Of a stretch of DNA of 41,789 nt, positions 22,726 to 37,719 are shown in pieces (the stretch's first letter is position 1; each line of letters starts with the position of its first letter). The DNA is taken from NCBI GenBank assembly GCA_965178125.1, contig OZ237776.1:496001-537789 (forward strand), in the 5' to 3' direction. A program made the position numbers and the translations under genes. Below the pieces are notes generated by a model. The model did not search any database, was not told where the DNA came from, and saw nothing but the letters and a program-made list of their open reading frames with translations. The DNA is from Bilabrum cf. latius (taxonomy: Eukaryota).

Positions 22726-24724
22726 GGTTAGGGTTAGGGTTAGGGTTAGGGTTAGGGTTAGGGTTAGGGTTAGGGTTAGGGTTAGGGTTAGGGTTAGGGT
22801 TAGGGTTAGGGTTAGGGTTAGGGTTAGGGTTAGGGTTAGGGTTAGGGTTAGGGTTAGGGTTTTAGGTTAGGGTTAGGGTTAGGGTTAGGGTTAGGGTTAG
22901 GGTTAGGGTTAGGGTTAGGGTTAGGGTTAGGGTTAGGGTTAGGGTTAGGGTTAGGGTTAGGGTTAGGGTTAGGGTTAGGGTTAGGGTTAGGGTTAGGGTT
23001 AGGGTTAGGGTTAGGGTTAGGGTTAGGGTTAGGGTTAGGGTTAGGGTTAGGGTTAGGGTTAGGGTTAGGGTTAGGGTTAGGGTTAGGGTTAGGGTTAGGG
23101 TTAGGGTTAGGGTTAGGGTTAGGGTTAGGGTTAGGGTTAGGGTTAGGGTTAGGGTTAGGGTTAGGGTTAGGGTTAGGGTTAGGGTTAGGGTTAGGGTTAG
23201 GGTTAGGGTTAGGGTTAGGGTTAGGGTTAGGGTTAGGGTTAGGGTTAGGGTTAGGGTTAGGGTTAGGGTTAGGGTTAGGGTTAGGGTTAGGGTTAGGGTT
23301 AGGGTTAGGGTTAGGGTTAGGGTTAGGGTTAGGGTTAGGGTTAGGGTTAGGGTTAGGGTTAGGGTTAGGGTTAGGGTTAGGGTTAGGGTTAGGGTTAGGG
23401 TTAGGGTTAGGGTTAGGGTTAGGGTTAGGGTATCTAATATAAAGTCAGGGACAGGGTCGGGGAAAAAAAATTTTCATCTTCACTTTTTGTCGAAAAAATG
23501 CGCGCGACGATCTCGGCAACCAGATGAGATATGAGGACCGTTCAAACTGCATCGGGACGGCCTGGGGGTACAATGTTGGGCAAATGTTCCCCAGGTTCCG
23601 TTTTGACCGCGCGGCGACAATATGGCTGGACGAAGATTGTCATGCAGAAAAAATGCGCGCGACGATCTCGGCAACCAGATGAGATATGAAGACCGTTCAA
23701 ACTGCATCGGGACGGCCTGGGGGTACAATGTGGGGCAAATGTTCCCCAGGTTCCGTTTTGACCGCGCGGCGACAATATGGCTGGACGAAGATTGTCATGC
23801 AGAAAAAATGCGCGCGACGATCTCGGCAACCAGATGAGATATGAAGACCGTTCAAACTGCATCGGGACGGCCTGGGACCACAACAGGGGGCAAATGTTCC
23901 CCAGGTTCCGTTTTGACCGCGCGGCGACAATATGGCTGGACGAAGATTGTCATGCAGAAAAAATGCGCGCGACGATCTCGGCAACCAGATGAGATATGAA
24001 GACCGTTCAAACTGCATCGGGACGGCCTGGGGGTACAATGTGGGGCAAATGTTCCCCAGGTTCCGGTTCCGTTTTGACCGCGCGGCGACAATATGGCTGG
24101 ACGAAGATTGTCATGCAGAAAAAATGCGCGCGACGATCTCGGCAACCAGATGAGATATGAAGACCGTTCAAACTGCATCGGGACGGCCTGGGGGTACAAT
24201 GTGGGGCAAATGTTCCCCAGGTTCCGTTTTGACCGCGCGGCGACAATATGGCTGGACGAAGATTGTCATGCAGAAAAAATGCGCGCGACGATCTCGGCAA
24301 CCAGATGAGATATGAAGACCGTTCAAACTGCATCGGGACGGCCTGGGGGTACAATGTGGGGCAAATGTTCCCCAGGTTCCGTTTTGACCGCGCGGCGACA
24401 ATATGGCTGGACGAAGATTGTCATGCAGAAAAAATGCGCGCGACGATCTCGGCAACCAGATGAGATATGAAGACCGTTCAAACTGCATCGGGACGGCCTG
24501 GGGGTACAATGTGGGGCAAATGTTCCCCAGGTTCCGTTTTGACCGCGCGGCGACAATATGGCTGGACGAAGATTGTCATGCAGAAAAAATGCGCGCGACG
24601 ATCTCGGCAACCAGATGAGATATGAAGACCGTTCAAACTGCATCGGGACGGCCTGGGGGTACAATGTGGGGCAAATGTTCCCCAGGTTCCGTTTTGACCG
24701 CGCGGCGACAATATGGCTGGACGA

Positions 24725-24768
<44 letters not shown>

Positions 24769-26581
24769 GGTTAGGGTTAGGGTTAGGGTTAGGGTTAGGG
24801 TTAGGGTTAGGGTTAGGGTTAGGGTTAGGGTTAGGGTTAGGGTTAGGGTTAGGGTTAGGGTTAGGGTTAGGGTTAGGGTTAGGGTTAGGGTTAGGGTTAG
24901 GGTTAGGGTTAGGGTTTTAGGTTAGGGTTAGGGTTAGGGTTAGGGTTAGGGTTAGGGTTAGGGTTAGGGTTAGGGTTAGGGTTAGGGTTAGGGTTAGGGT
25001 TAGGGTTAGGGTTAGGGTTAGGGTTAGGGTTAGGGTTAGGGTTAGGGTTAGGGTTAGGGTTAGGGTTAGGGTTAGGGTTAGGGTTAGGGTTAGGGTTAGG
25101 GTTAGGGTTAGGGTTAGGGTTAGGGTTAGGGTTAGGGTTAGGGTTAGGGTTAGGGTTAGGGTTAGGGTTAGGGTTAGGGTTAGGGTTAGGGTTAGGGTTA
25201 GGGTTAGGGTTAGGGTTAGGGTTAGGGTTAGGGTTAGGGTTAGGGTTAGGGTTAGGGTTAGGGTTAGGGTTAGGGTTAGGGTTAGGGTATCTAATATAAA
25301 GTCAGGGACAGGGTCGGGGAAAAAAAATTTTCATCTTCACTTTTTGTCGAAAAAATGCGCGCGACGATCTCGGCAACCAGATGAGATATGAGGACCGTTC
25401 AAACTGCATCGGGACGGCCTGGGGGTACAATGTTGGGCAAATGTTCCCCAGGTTCCGTTTTGACCGCGCGGCGACAATATGGCTGGACGAAGATTGTCAT
25501 GCAGAAAAAATGCGCGCGACGATCTCGGCAACCAGATGAGATATGAAGACCGTTCAAACTGCATCGGGACGGCCTGGGGGTACAATGTGGGGCAAATGTT
25601 CCCCAGGTTCCGTTTTGACCGCGCGGCGACAATATGGCTGGACGAAGATTGTCATGCAGAAAAAATGCGCGCGACGATCTCGGCAACCAGATGAGATATG
25701 AAGACCGTTCAAACTGCATCGGGACGGCCTGGGACCACAACAGGGGGCAAATGTTCCCCAGGTTCCGTTTTGACCGCGCGGTATGGCTGGACGAAGATTG
25801 TCATGCAGAAAAAATGCGCGCGACGATCTCGGCAACCAGATGAGATATGAAGACCGTTCAAACTGCATCGGGACGGCCTGGGGGTACAATGTGGGGCAAA
25901 TGTTCCCCAGGTTCCGTTTTGACCGCGCGGCGACAATATGGCTGGACGAAGATTGTCATGCAGAAAAAATGCGCGAAAAAATGCGCGCGACGATCTCGGC
26001 AACCAGATGAGATATGAAGACCGTTCAAACTGCATCGGGACGGCCTGGGGGTACAATGTGGGGCAAATGTTCCCCAGGTTCCGTTTTGACCGCGCGGCGA
26101 CAATATGGCTGGACGAAGATTGTCATGCAGAAAAAATGCGCGCGACGATCTCGGCAACCAGATGAGATATGAAGACCGTTCAAACTGCATCGGGACGGCC
26201 TGGGGGTACAATGTGGGGCAAATGTTCCCCAGGTTCCGTTTTGACCGCGCGGCGACAATATGGCTGGACGAAGATTGTCATGCAGAAAAAATGCGCGCGA
26301 CGATCTCGGCAACCAGATGAGATATGAAGACCGTTCAAACTGCATCGGGACGGCCTGGGGGTACAATGTGGGGCAAATGTTCCCCAGGTTCCGTTTTGAC
26401 CGCGCGGCGACAATATGGCTGGACGAAGATTGTCATGCAGAAAAAATGCGCGCGACGATCTCGGCAACCAGATGAGATATGAAGACCGTTCAAACTGCAT
26501 CGGGACGGCCTGGGGGTACAATGTGGGGCAAATGTTCCCCAGGTTCCGTTTTGACCGCGCGGCGACAATATGGCTGGACGA

Positions 26582-26625
<44 letters not shown>

Positions 26626-28426
26626 GGTTAGGGTTAGGGTTAGGGTTAGGGTTAGGGTTAGGGTTAGGGTTAGGGTTAGGGTTAGGGTTAGGGTTAGGGT
26701 TAGGGTTAGGGTTAGGGTTAGGGTTAGGGTTAGGGTTAGGGTTAGGGTTAGGGTTAGGGTTAGGGTTAGGGTTTTAGGTTAGGGTTAGGGTTAGGGTTAG
26801 GGTTAGGGTTAGGGTTAGGGTTAGGGTTAGGGTTAGGGTTAGGGTTAGGGTTAGGGTTAGGGTTAGGGTTAGGGTTAGGGTTAGGGTTAGGGTTAGGGTT
26901 AGGGTTAGGGTTAGGGTTAGGGTTAGGGTTAGGGTTAGGGTTAGGGTTAGGGTTAGGGTTAGGGTTAGGGTTAGGGTTAGGGTTAGGGTTAGGGTTAGGG
27001 TTAGGGTTAGGGTTAGGGTTAGGGTTAGGGTTAGGGTTAGGGTTAGGGTTAGGGTTAGGGTTAGGGTTAGGGTTAGGGTTAGGGTTAGGGTTAGGGTTAG
27101 GGTTAGGGTTAGGGTTAGGGTTAGGGTTAGGGTTAGGGTATCTAATATAAAGTCAGGGACAGGGTCGGGGAAAAAAAATTTTCATCTTCACTTTTTGTCG
27201 AAAAAATGCGCGCGACGATCTCGGCAACCAGATGAGATATGAGGACCGTTCAAACTGCATCGGGACGGCCTGGGGGTACAATGTTGGGCAAATGTTCCCC
27301 AGGTTCCGTTTTGACCGCGCGGCGACAATATGGCTGGACGAAGATTGTCATGCAGAAAAAATGCGCGCGACGATCTCGGCAACCAGATGAGATATGAAGA
27401 CCGTTCAAACTGCATCGGGACGGCCTGGGGGTACAATGTGGGGCAAATGTTCCCCAGGTTCCGTTTTGACCGCGCGGCGACAATATGGCTGGACGAAGAT
27501 TGTCATGCAGAAAAAATGCGCGCGACGATCTCGGCAACCAGATGAGATATGAAGACCGTTCAAACTGCATCGGGACGGCCTGGGACCACAACAGGGGGCA
27601 AATGTTCCCCAGGTTCCGTTTTGACCGCGCGGCGACAATATGGCTGGACGAAGATTGTCATGCAGAAAAAATGCGCGCGACGATCTCGGCAACCAGATGA
27701 GATATGAAGACCGTTCAAACTGCATCGGGACGGCCTGGGGGTACAATGTGGGGCAAATGTTCCCCAGGTTCCGTTTTGACCGCGCGGCGACAATATGGCT
27801 GGACGAAGATTGTCATGCAGAAAAAATGCGCGCGACGATCTCGGCAACCAGATGAGATATGAAGACCGTTCAAACTGCATCGGGACGGCCTGGGGGTACA
27901 ATGTGGGGCAAATGTTCCCCAGGTTCCGTTTTGACCGCGCGGCGACAATATGGCTGGACGAAGATTGTCATGCAGAAAAAATGCGCGCGACGATCTCGGC
28001 AACCAGATGAGATATGAAGACCGTTCAAACTGCATCGGGACGGCCTGGGGGTACAATGTGGGGCAAATGTTCCCCAGGTTCCGTTTTGACCGCGCGGCGA
28101 CAATATGGCTGGACGAAGATTGTCATGCAGAAAAAATGCGCGCGACGATCTCGGCAACCAGATGAGATATGAAGACCGTTCAAACTGCATCGGGACGGCC
28201 TGGGGGTACAATGTGGGGCAAATGTTCCCCAGGTTCCGTTTTGACCGCGCGGCGACAATATGGCTGGACGAAGATTGTCATGCAGAAAAAATGCGCGCGA
28301 CGATCTCGGCAACCAGATGAGATATGAAGACCGTTCAAACTGCATCGGGACGGCCTGGGGGTACAATGTGGGGCAAATGTTCCCCAGGTTCCGTTTTGAC
28401 CGCGCGGCGACAATATGGCTGGACGA

Positions 28427-28470
<44 letters not shown>

Positions 28471-30277
28471 GGTTAGGGTTAGGGTTAGGGTTAGGGTTAG
28501 GGTTAGGGTTAGGGTTAGGGTTAGGGTTAGGGTTAGGGTTAGGGTTAGGGTTAGGGTTAGGGTTAGGGTTAGGGTTAGGGTTAGGGTTAGGGTTAGGGTT
28601 AGGGTTAGGGTTAGGGTTTTAGGTTAGGGTTAGGGTTAGGGTTAGGGTTAGGGTTAGGGTTAGGGTTAGGGTTAGGGTTAGGGTTAGGGTTAGGGTTAGG
28701 GTTAGGGTTAGGGTTAGGGTTAGGGTTAGGGTTAGGGTTAGGGTTAGGGTTAGGGTTAGGGTTAGGGTTAGGGTTAGGGTTAGGGTTAGGGTTAGGGTTA
28801 GGGTTAGGGTTAGGGTTAGGGTTAGGGTTAGGGTTAGGGTTAGGGTTAGGGTTAGGGTTAGGGTTAGGGTTAGGGTTAGGGTTAGGGTTAGGGTTAGGGT
28901 TAGGGTTAGGGTTAGGGTTAGGGTTAGGGTTAGGGTTAGGGTTAGGGTTAGGGTTAGGGTTAGGGTTAGGGTTAGGGTTAGGGTTAGGGTATCTAATATA
29001 AAGTCAGGGACAGGGTCGGGGAAAAAAAATTTTCATCTTCACTTTTTGTCGAAAAAATGCGCGCGACGATCTCGGCAACCAGATGAGATATGAGGACCGT
29101 TCAAACTGCATCGGGACGGCCTGGGGGTACAATGTTGGGCAAATGTTCCCCAGGTTCCGTTTTGACCGCGCGGCGACAATATGGCTGGACGAAGATTGTC
29201 ATGCAGAAAAAATGCGCGCGACGATCTCGGCAACCAGATGAGATATGAAGACCGTTCAAACTGCATCGGGACGGCCTGGGGGTACAATGTGGGGCAAATG
29301 TTCCCCAGGTTCCGTTTTGACCGCGCGGCGACAATATGGCTGGACGAAGATTGTCATGCAGAAAAAATGCGCGCGACGATCTCGGCAACCAGATGAGATA
29401 TGAAGACCGTTCAAACTGCATCGGGACGGCCTGGGACCACAACAGGGGGCAAATGTTCCCCAGGTTCCGTTTTGACCGCGCGGCGACAATATGGCTGGAC
29501 GAAGATTGTCATGCAGAAAAAATGCGCGCGACGATCTCGGCAACCAGATGAGATATGAAGACCGTTCAAACTGCATCGGGACGGCCTGGGGGTACAATGT
29601 GGGGCAAATGTTCCCCAGGTTCCGTTTTGACCGCGCGGCGACAATATGGCTGGACGAAGATTGTCATGCAGAAAAAATGCGCGCGACGATCTCGGCAACC
29701 AGATGAGATATGAAGACCGTTCAAACTGCATCGGGACGGCCTGGGGGTACAATGTGGGGCAAATGTTCCCCAGGTTCCGTTTTGACCGCGCGGCGACAAT
29801 ATGGCTGGACGAAGATTGTCATGCAGAAAAAATGCGCGCGACGATCTCGGCAACCAGATGAGATATGAAGACCGTTCAAACTGCATCGGGACGGCCTGGG
29901 GGTACAATGTGGGGCAAATGTTCCCCAGGTTCCGTTTTGACCGCGCGGCGACAATATGGCTGGACGAAGATTGTCATGCAGAAAAAATGCGCGCGACGAT
30001 CTCGGCAACCAGATGAGATATGAAGACCGTTCAAACTGCATCGGGACGGCCTGGGGGTACAATGTGGGGCAAATGTTCCCCAGGTTCCGTTTTGACCGCG
30101 CGGCGACAATATGGCTGGACGAAGATTGTCATGCAGAAAAAATGCGCGCGACGATCTCGGCAACCAGATGAGATATGAAGACCGTTCAAACTGCATCGGG
30201 ACGGCCTGGGGGTACAATGTGGGGCAAATGTTCCCCAGGTTCCGTTTTGACCGCGCGGCGACAATATGGCTGGACGA

Positions 30278-30321
<44 letters not shown>

Positions 30322-32128
30322 GGTTAGGGTTAGGGTTAGGGTTAGGGTTAGGGTTAGGGTTAGGGTTAGGGTTAGGGTTAGGGTTAGGGTTAGGGTTAGG
30401 GTTAGGGTTAGGGTTAGGGTTAGGGTTAGGGTTAGGGTTAGGGTTAGGGTTAGGGTTAGGGTTAGGGTTTTAGGTTAGGGTTAGGGTTAGGGTTAGGGTT
30501 AGGGTTAGGGTTAGGGTTAGGGTTAGGGTTAGGGTTAGGGTTAGGGTTAGGGTTAGGGTTAGGGTTAGGGTTAGGGTTAGGGTTAGGGTTAGGGTTAGGG
30601 TTAGGGTTAGGGTTAGGGTTAGGGTTAGGGTTAGGGTTAGGGTTAGGGTTAGGGTTAGGGTTAGGGTTAGGGTTAGGGTTAGGGTTAGGGTTAGGGTTAG
30701 GGTTAGGGTTAGGGTTAGGGTTAGGGTTAGGGTTAGGGTTAGGGTTAGGGTTAGGGTTAGGGTTAGGGTTAGGGTTAGGGTTAGGGTTAGGGTTAGGGTT
30801 AGGGTTAGGGTTAGGGTTAGGGTTAGGGTTAGGGTTAGGGTATCTAATATAAAGTCAGGGACAGGGTCGGGGAAAAAAAATTTTCATCTTCACTTTTTGT
30901 CGAAAAAATGCGCGCGACGATCTCGGCAACCAGATGAGATATGAGGACCGTTCAAACTGCATCGGGACGGCCTGGGGGTACAATGTTGGGCAAATGTTCC
31001 CCAGGTTCCGTTTTGACCGCGCGGCGACAATATGGCTGGACGAAGATTGTCATGCAGAAAAAATGCGCGCGACGATCTCGGCAACCAGATGAGATATGAA
31101 GACCGTTCAAACTGCATCGGGACGGCCTGGGGGTACAATGTGGGGCAAATGTTCCCCAGGTTCCGTTTTGACCGCGCGGCGACAATATGGCTGGACGAAG
31201 ATTGTCATGCAGAAAAAATGCGCGCGACGATCTCGGCAACCAGATGAGATATGAAGACCGTTCAAACTGCATCGGGACGGCCTGGGACCACAACAGGGGG
31301 CAAATGTTCCCCAGGTTCCGTTTTGACCGCGCGGCGACAATATGGCTGGACGAAGATTGTCATGCAGAAAAAATGCGCGCGACGATCTCGGCAACCAGAT
31401 GAGATATGAAGACCGTTCAAACTGCATCGGGACGGCCTGGGGGTACAATGTGGGGCAAATGTTCCCCAGGTTCCGTTTTGACCGCGCGGCGACAATATGG
31501 CTGGACGAAGATTGTCATGCAGAAAAAATGCGCGCGACGATCTCGGCAACCAGATGAGATATGAAGACCGTTCAAACTGCATCGGGACGGCCTGGGGGTA
31601 CAATGTGGGGCAAATGTTCCCCAGGTTCCGTTTTGACCGCGCGGCGACAATATGGCTGGACGAAGATTGTCATGCAGAAAAAATGCGCGCGACGATCTCG
31701 GCAACCAGATGAGATATGAAGACCGTTCAAACTGCATCGGGACGGCCTGGGGGTACAATGTGGGGCAAATGTTCCCCAGGTTCCGTTTTGACCGCGCGGC
31801 GACAATATGGCTGGACGAAGATTGTCATGCAGAAAAAATGCGCGCGACGATCTCGGCAACCAGATGAGATATGAAGACCGTTCAAACTGCATCGGGACGG
31901 CCTGGGGGTACAATGTGGGGCAAATGTTCCCCAGGTTCCGTTTTGACCGCGCGGCGACAATATGGCTGGACGAAGATTGTCATGCAGAAAAAATGCGCGC
32001 GACGATCTCGGCAACCAGATGAGATATGAAGACCGTTCAAACTGCATCGGGACGGCCTGGGGGTACAATGTGGGGCAAATGTTCCCCAGGTTCCGTTTTG
32101 ACCGCGCGGCGACAATATGGCTGGACGA

Positions 32129-32172
<44 letters not shown>

Positions 32173-33979
32173 GGTTAGGGTTAGGGTTAGGGTTAGGGTT
32201 AGGGTTAGGGTTAGGGTTAGGGTTAGGGTTAGGGTTAGGGTTAGGGTTAGGGTTAGGGTTAGGGTTAGGGTTAGGGTTAGGGTTAGGGTTAGGGTTAGGG
32301 TTAGGGTTAGGGTTAGGGTTTTAGGTTAGGGTTAGGGTTAGGGTTAGGGTTAGGGTTAGGGTTAGGGTTAGGGTTAGGGTTAGGGTTAGGGTTAGGGTTA
32401 GGGTTAGGGTTAGGGTTAGGGTTAGGGTTAGGGTTAGGGTTAGGGTTAGGGTTAGGGTTAGGGTTAGGGTTAGGGTTAGGGTTAGGGTTAGGGTTAGGGT
32501 TAGGGTTAGGGTTAGGGTTAGGGTTAGGGTTAGGGTTAGGGTTAGGGTTAGGGTTAGGGTTAGGGTTAGGGTTAGGGTTAGGGTTAGGGTTAGGGTTAGG
32601 GTTAGGGTTAGGGTTAGGGTTAGGGTTAGGGTTAGGGTTAGGGTTAGGGTTAGGGTTAGGGTTAGGGTTAGGGTTAGGGTTAGGGTTAGGGTATCTAATA
32701 TAAAGTCAGGGACAGGGTCGGGGAAAAAAAATTTTCATCTTCACTTTTTGTCGAAAAAATGCGCGCGACGATCTCGGCAACCAGATGAGATATGAGGACC
32801 GTTCAAACTGCATCGGGACGGCCTGGGGGTACAATGTTGGGCAAATGTTCCCCAGGTTCCGTTTTGACCGCGCGGCGACAATATGGCTGGACGAAGATTG
32901 TCATGCAGAAAAAATGCGCGCGACGATCTCGGCAACCAGATGAGATATGAAGACCGTTCAAACTGCATCGGGACGGCCTGGGGGTACAATGTGGGGCAAA
33001 TGTTCCCCAGGTTCCGTTTTGACCGCGCGGCGACAATATGGCTGGACGAAGATTGTCATGCAGAAAAAATGCGCGCGACGATCTCGGCAACCAGATGAGA
33101 TATGAAGACCGTTCAAACTGCATCGGGACGGCCTGGGACCACAACAGGGGGCAAATGTTCCCCAGGTTCCGTTTTGACCGCGCGGCGACAATATGGCTGG
33201 ACGAAGATTGTCATGCAGAAAAAATGCGCGCGACGATCTCGGCAACCAGATGAGATATGAAGACCGTTCAAACTGCATCGGGACGGCCTGGGGGTACAAT
33301 GTGGGGCAAATGTTCCCCAGGTTCCGTTTTGACCGCGCGGCGACAATATGGCTGGACGAAGATTGTCATGCAGAAAAAATGCGCGCGACGATCTCGGCAA
33401 CCAGATGAGATATGAAGACCGTTCAAACTGCATCGGGACGGCCTGGGGGTACAATGTGGGGCAAATGTTCCCCAGGTTCCGTTTTGACCGCGCGGCGACA
33501 ATATGGCTGGACGAAGATTGTCATGCAGAAAAAATGCGCGCGACGATCTCGGCAACCAGATGAGATATGAAGACCGTTCAAACTGCATCGGGACGGCCTG
33601 GGGGTACAATGTGGGGCAAATGTTCCCCAGGTTCCGTTTTGACCGCGCGGCGACAATATGGCTGGACGAAGATTGTCATGCAGAAAAAATGCGCGCGACG
33701 ATCTCGGCAACCAGATGAGATATGAAGACCGTTCAAACTGCATCGGGACGGCCTGGGGGTACAATGTGGGGCAAATGTTCCCCAGGTTCCGTTTTGACCG
33801 CGCGGCGACAATATGGCTGGACGAAGATTGTCATGCAGAAAAAATGCGCGCGACGATCTCGGCAACCAGATGAGATATGAAGACCGTTCAAACTGCATCG
33901 GGACGGCCTGGGGGTACAATGTGGGGCAAATGTTCCCCAGGTTCCGTTTTGACCGCGCGGCGACAATATGGCTGGACGA

Positions 33980-34023
<44 letters not shown>

Positions 34024-35818
34024 GGTTAGGGTTAGGGTTAGGGTTAGGGTTAGGGTTAGGGTTAGGGTTAGGGTTAGGGTTAGGGTTAGGGTTAGGGTTA
34101 GGGTTAGGGTTAGGGTTAGGGTTAGGGTTAGGGTTAGGGTTAGGGTTAGGGTTAGGGTTAGGGTTAGGGTTTTAGGTTAGGGTTAGGGTTAGGGTTAGGG
34201 TTAGGGTTAGGGTTAGGGTTAGGGTTAGGGTTAGGGTTAGGGTTAGGGTTAGGGTTAGGGTTAGGGTTAGGGTTAGGGTTAGGGTTAGGGTTAGGGTTAG
34301 GGTTAGGGTTAGGGTTAGGGTTAGGGTTAGGGTTAGGGTTAGGGTTAGGGTTAGGGTTAGGGTTAGGGTTAGGGTTAGGGTTAGGGTTAGGGTTAGGGTT
34401 AGGGTTAGGGTTAGGGTTAGGGTTAGGGTTAGGGTTAGGGTTAGGGTTAGGGTTAGGGTTAGGGTTAGGGTTAGGGTTAGGGTTAGGGTTAGGGTTAGGG
34501 TTAGGGTTAGGGTTAGGGTTAGGGTTAGGGTATCTAATATAAAGTCAGGGACAGGGTCGGGGAAAAAAAATTTTCATCTTCACTTTTTGTCGAAAAAATG
34601 CGCGCGACGATCTCGGCAACCAGATGAGATATGAGGACCGTTCAAACTGCATCGGGACGGCCTGGGGGTACAATGTTGGGCAAATGTTCCCCAGGTTCCG
34701 TTTTGACCGCGCGGCGACAATATGGCTGGACGAAGATTGTCATGCAGAAAAAATGCGCGCGACGATCTCGGCAACCAGATGAGATATGAAGACCGTTCAA
34801 ACTGCATCGGGACGGCCTGGGGGTACAATGTGGGGCAAATGTTCCCCAGGTTCCGTTTTGACCGCGCGGCGACAATATGGCTGGACGAAGATTGTCATGC
34901 AGAAAAAATGCGCGCGACGATCTCGGCAACCAGATGAGATATGAAGACCGTTCAAACTGCATCGGGACGGCCTGGGACCACAACAGGGGGCAAATGTTCC
35001 CCAGGTTCCGTTTTGACCGCGCGGCGACAATATGGCTGGACGAAGATTGTCATGCAGAAAAAATGCGCGCGACGATCTCGGCAACCAGATGAGATATGAA
35101 GACCGTTCAAACTGCATCGGGACGGCCTGGGGGTACAATGTGGGGCAAATGTTCCCCAGGTTCCGTTTTGACCGCGCGGCGACAATATGGCTGGACGAAG
35201 ATTGTCATGCAGAAAAAATGCGCGCGACGATCTCGGCAACCAGATGAGATATGAAGACCGTTCAAACTGCATCGGGACGGCCTGGGGGTACAATGTGGGG
35301 CAAATGTTCCCCAGGTTCCGTTTTGACCGCGCGGCGACAATATGGCTGGACGAAGATTGTCATGCAGAAAAAATGCGCGCGACGATCTCGGCAACCAGAT
35401 GAGATATGAAGACCGTTCAAACTGCATCGGGACGGCCTGGGGGTACAATGTGGGGCAAATGTTCCCCAGGTTCCGTTTTGACCGCGCGGCGACAATATGG
35501 CTGGACGAAGATTGTCATGCAGAAAAAATGCGCGCGACGATCTCGGCAACCAGATGAGATATGAAGACCGTTCAAACTGCATCGGGACGGCCTGGGGGTA
35601 CAATGTGGGGCAAATGTTCCCCAGGTTCCGTTTTGACCGCGCGGCGACAATATGGCTGGACGAAGATTGTCATGCAGAAAAAATGCGCGCGACGATCTCG
35701 GCAACCAGATGAGATATGAAGACCGTTCAAACTGCATCGGGACGGCCTGGGGGTACAATGTGGGGCAAATGTTCCCCAGGTTCCGTTTTGACCGCGCGGC
35801 GACAATATGGCTGGACGA

Positions 35819-35862
<44 letters not shown>

Positions 35863-37675
35863 GGTTAGGGTTAGGGTTAGGGTTAGGGTTAGGGTTAGGG
35901 TTAGGGTTAGGGTTAGGGTTAGGGTTAGGGTTAGGGTTAGGGTTAGGGTTAGGGTTAGGGTTAGGGTTAGGGTTAGGGTTAGGGTTAGGGTTAGGGTTAG
36001 GGTTAGGGTTTTAGGTTAGGGTTAGGGTTAGGGTTAGGGTTAGGGTTAGGGTTAGGGTTAGGGTTAGGGTTAGGGTTAGGGTTAGGGTTAGGGTTAGGGT
36101 TAGGGTTAGGGTTAGGGTTAGGGTTAGGGTTAGGGTTAGGGTTAGGGTTAGGGTTAGGGTTAGGGTTAGGGTTAGGGTTAGGGTTAGGGTTAGGGTTAGG
36201 GTTAGGGTTAGGGTTAGGGTTAGGGTTAGGGTTAGGGTTAGGGTTAGGGTTAGGGTTAGGGTTAGGGTTAGGGTTAGGGTTAGGGTTAGGGTTAGGGTTA
36301 GGGTTAGGGTTAGGGTTAGGGTTAGGGTTAGGGTTAGGGTTAGGGTTAGGGTTAGGGTTAGGGTTAGGGTTAGGGTTAGGGTTAGGGTATCTAATATAAA
36401 GTCAGGGACAGGGTCGGGGAAAAAAAATTTTCATCTTCACTTTTTGTCGAAAAAATGCGCGCGACGATCTCGGCAACCAGATGAGATATGAGGACCGTTC
36501 AAACTGCATCGGGACGGCCTGGGGGTACAATGTTGGGCAAATGTTCCCCAGGTTCCGTTTTGACCGCGCGGCGACAATATGGCTGGACGAAGATTGTCAT
36601 GCAGAAAAAATGCGCGCGACGATCTCGGCAACCAGATGAGATATGAAGACCGTTCAAACTGCATCGGGACGGCCTGGGGGTACAATGTGGGGCAAATGTT
36701 CCCCAGGTTCCGTTTTGACCGCGCGGCGACAATATGGCTGGACGAAGATTGTCATGCAGAAAAAATGCGCGCGACGATCTCGGCAACCAGATGAGATATG
36801 AAGACCGTTCAAACTGCATCGGGACGGCCTGGGACCACAACAGGGGGCAAATGTTCCCCAGGTTCCGTTTTGACCGCGCGGCGACAATATGGCTGGACGA
36901 AGATTGTCATGCAGAAAAAATGCGCGCGACGATCTCGGCAACCAGATGAGATATGAAGACCGTTCAAACTGCATCGGGACGGCCTGGGGGTACAATGTGG
37001 GGCAAATGTTCCCCAGGTTCCGTTTTGACCGCGCGGCGACAATATGGCTGGACGAAGATTGTCATGCAGAAAAAATGCGCGCGACGATCTCGGCAACCAG
37101 ATGAGATATGAAGACCGTTCAAACTGCATCGGGACGGCCTGGGGGTACAATGTGGGGCAAATGTTCCCCAGGTTCCGTTTTGACCGCGCGGCGACAATAT
37201 GGCTGGACGAAGATTGTCATGCAGAAAAAATGCGCGCGACGATCTCGGCAACCAGATGAGATATGAAGACCGTTCAAACTGCATCGGGACGGCCTGGGGG
37301 TACAATGTGGGGCAAATGTTCCCCAGGTTCCGTTTTGACCGCGCGGCGACAATATGGCTGGACGAAGATTGTCATGCAGAAAAAATGCGCGCGACGATCT
37401 CGGCAACCAGATGAGATATGAAGACCGTTCAAACTGCATCGGGACGGCCTGGGGGTACAATGTGGGGCAAATGTTCCCCAGGTTCCGTTTTGACCGCGCG
37501 GCGACAATATGGCTGGACGAAGATTGTCATGCAGAAAAAATGCGCGCGACGATCTCGGCAACCAGATGAGATATGAAGACCGTTCAAACTGCATCGGGAC
37601 GGCCTGGGGGTACAATGTGGGGCAAATGTTCCCCAGGTTCCGTTTTGACCGCGCGGCGACAATATGGCTGGACGA

Positions 37676-37719
<44 letters not shown>

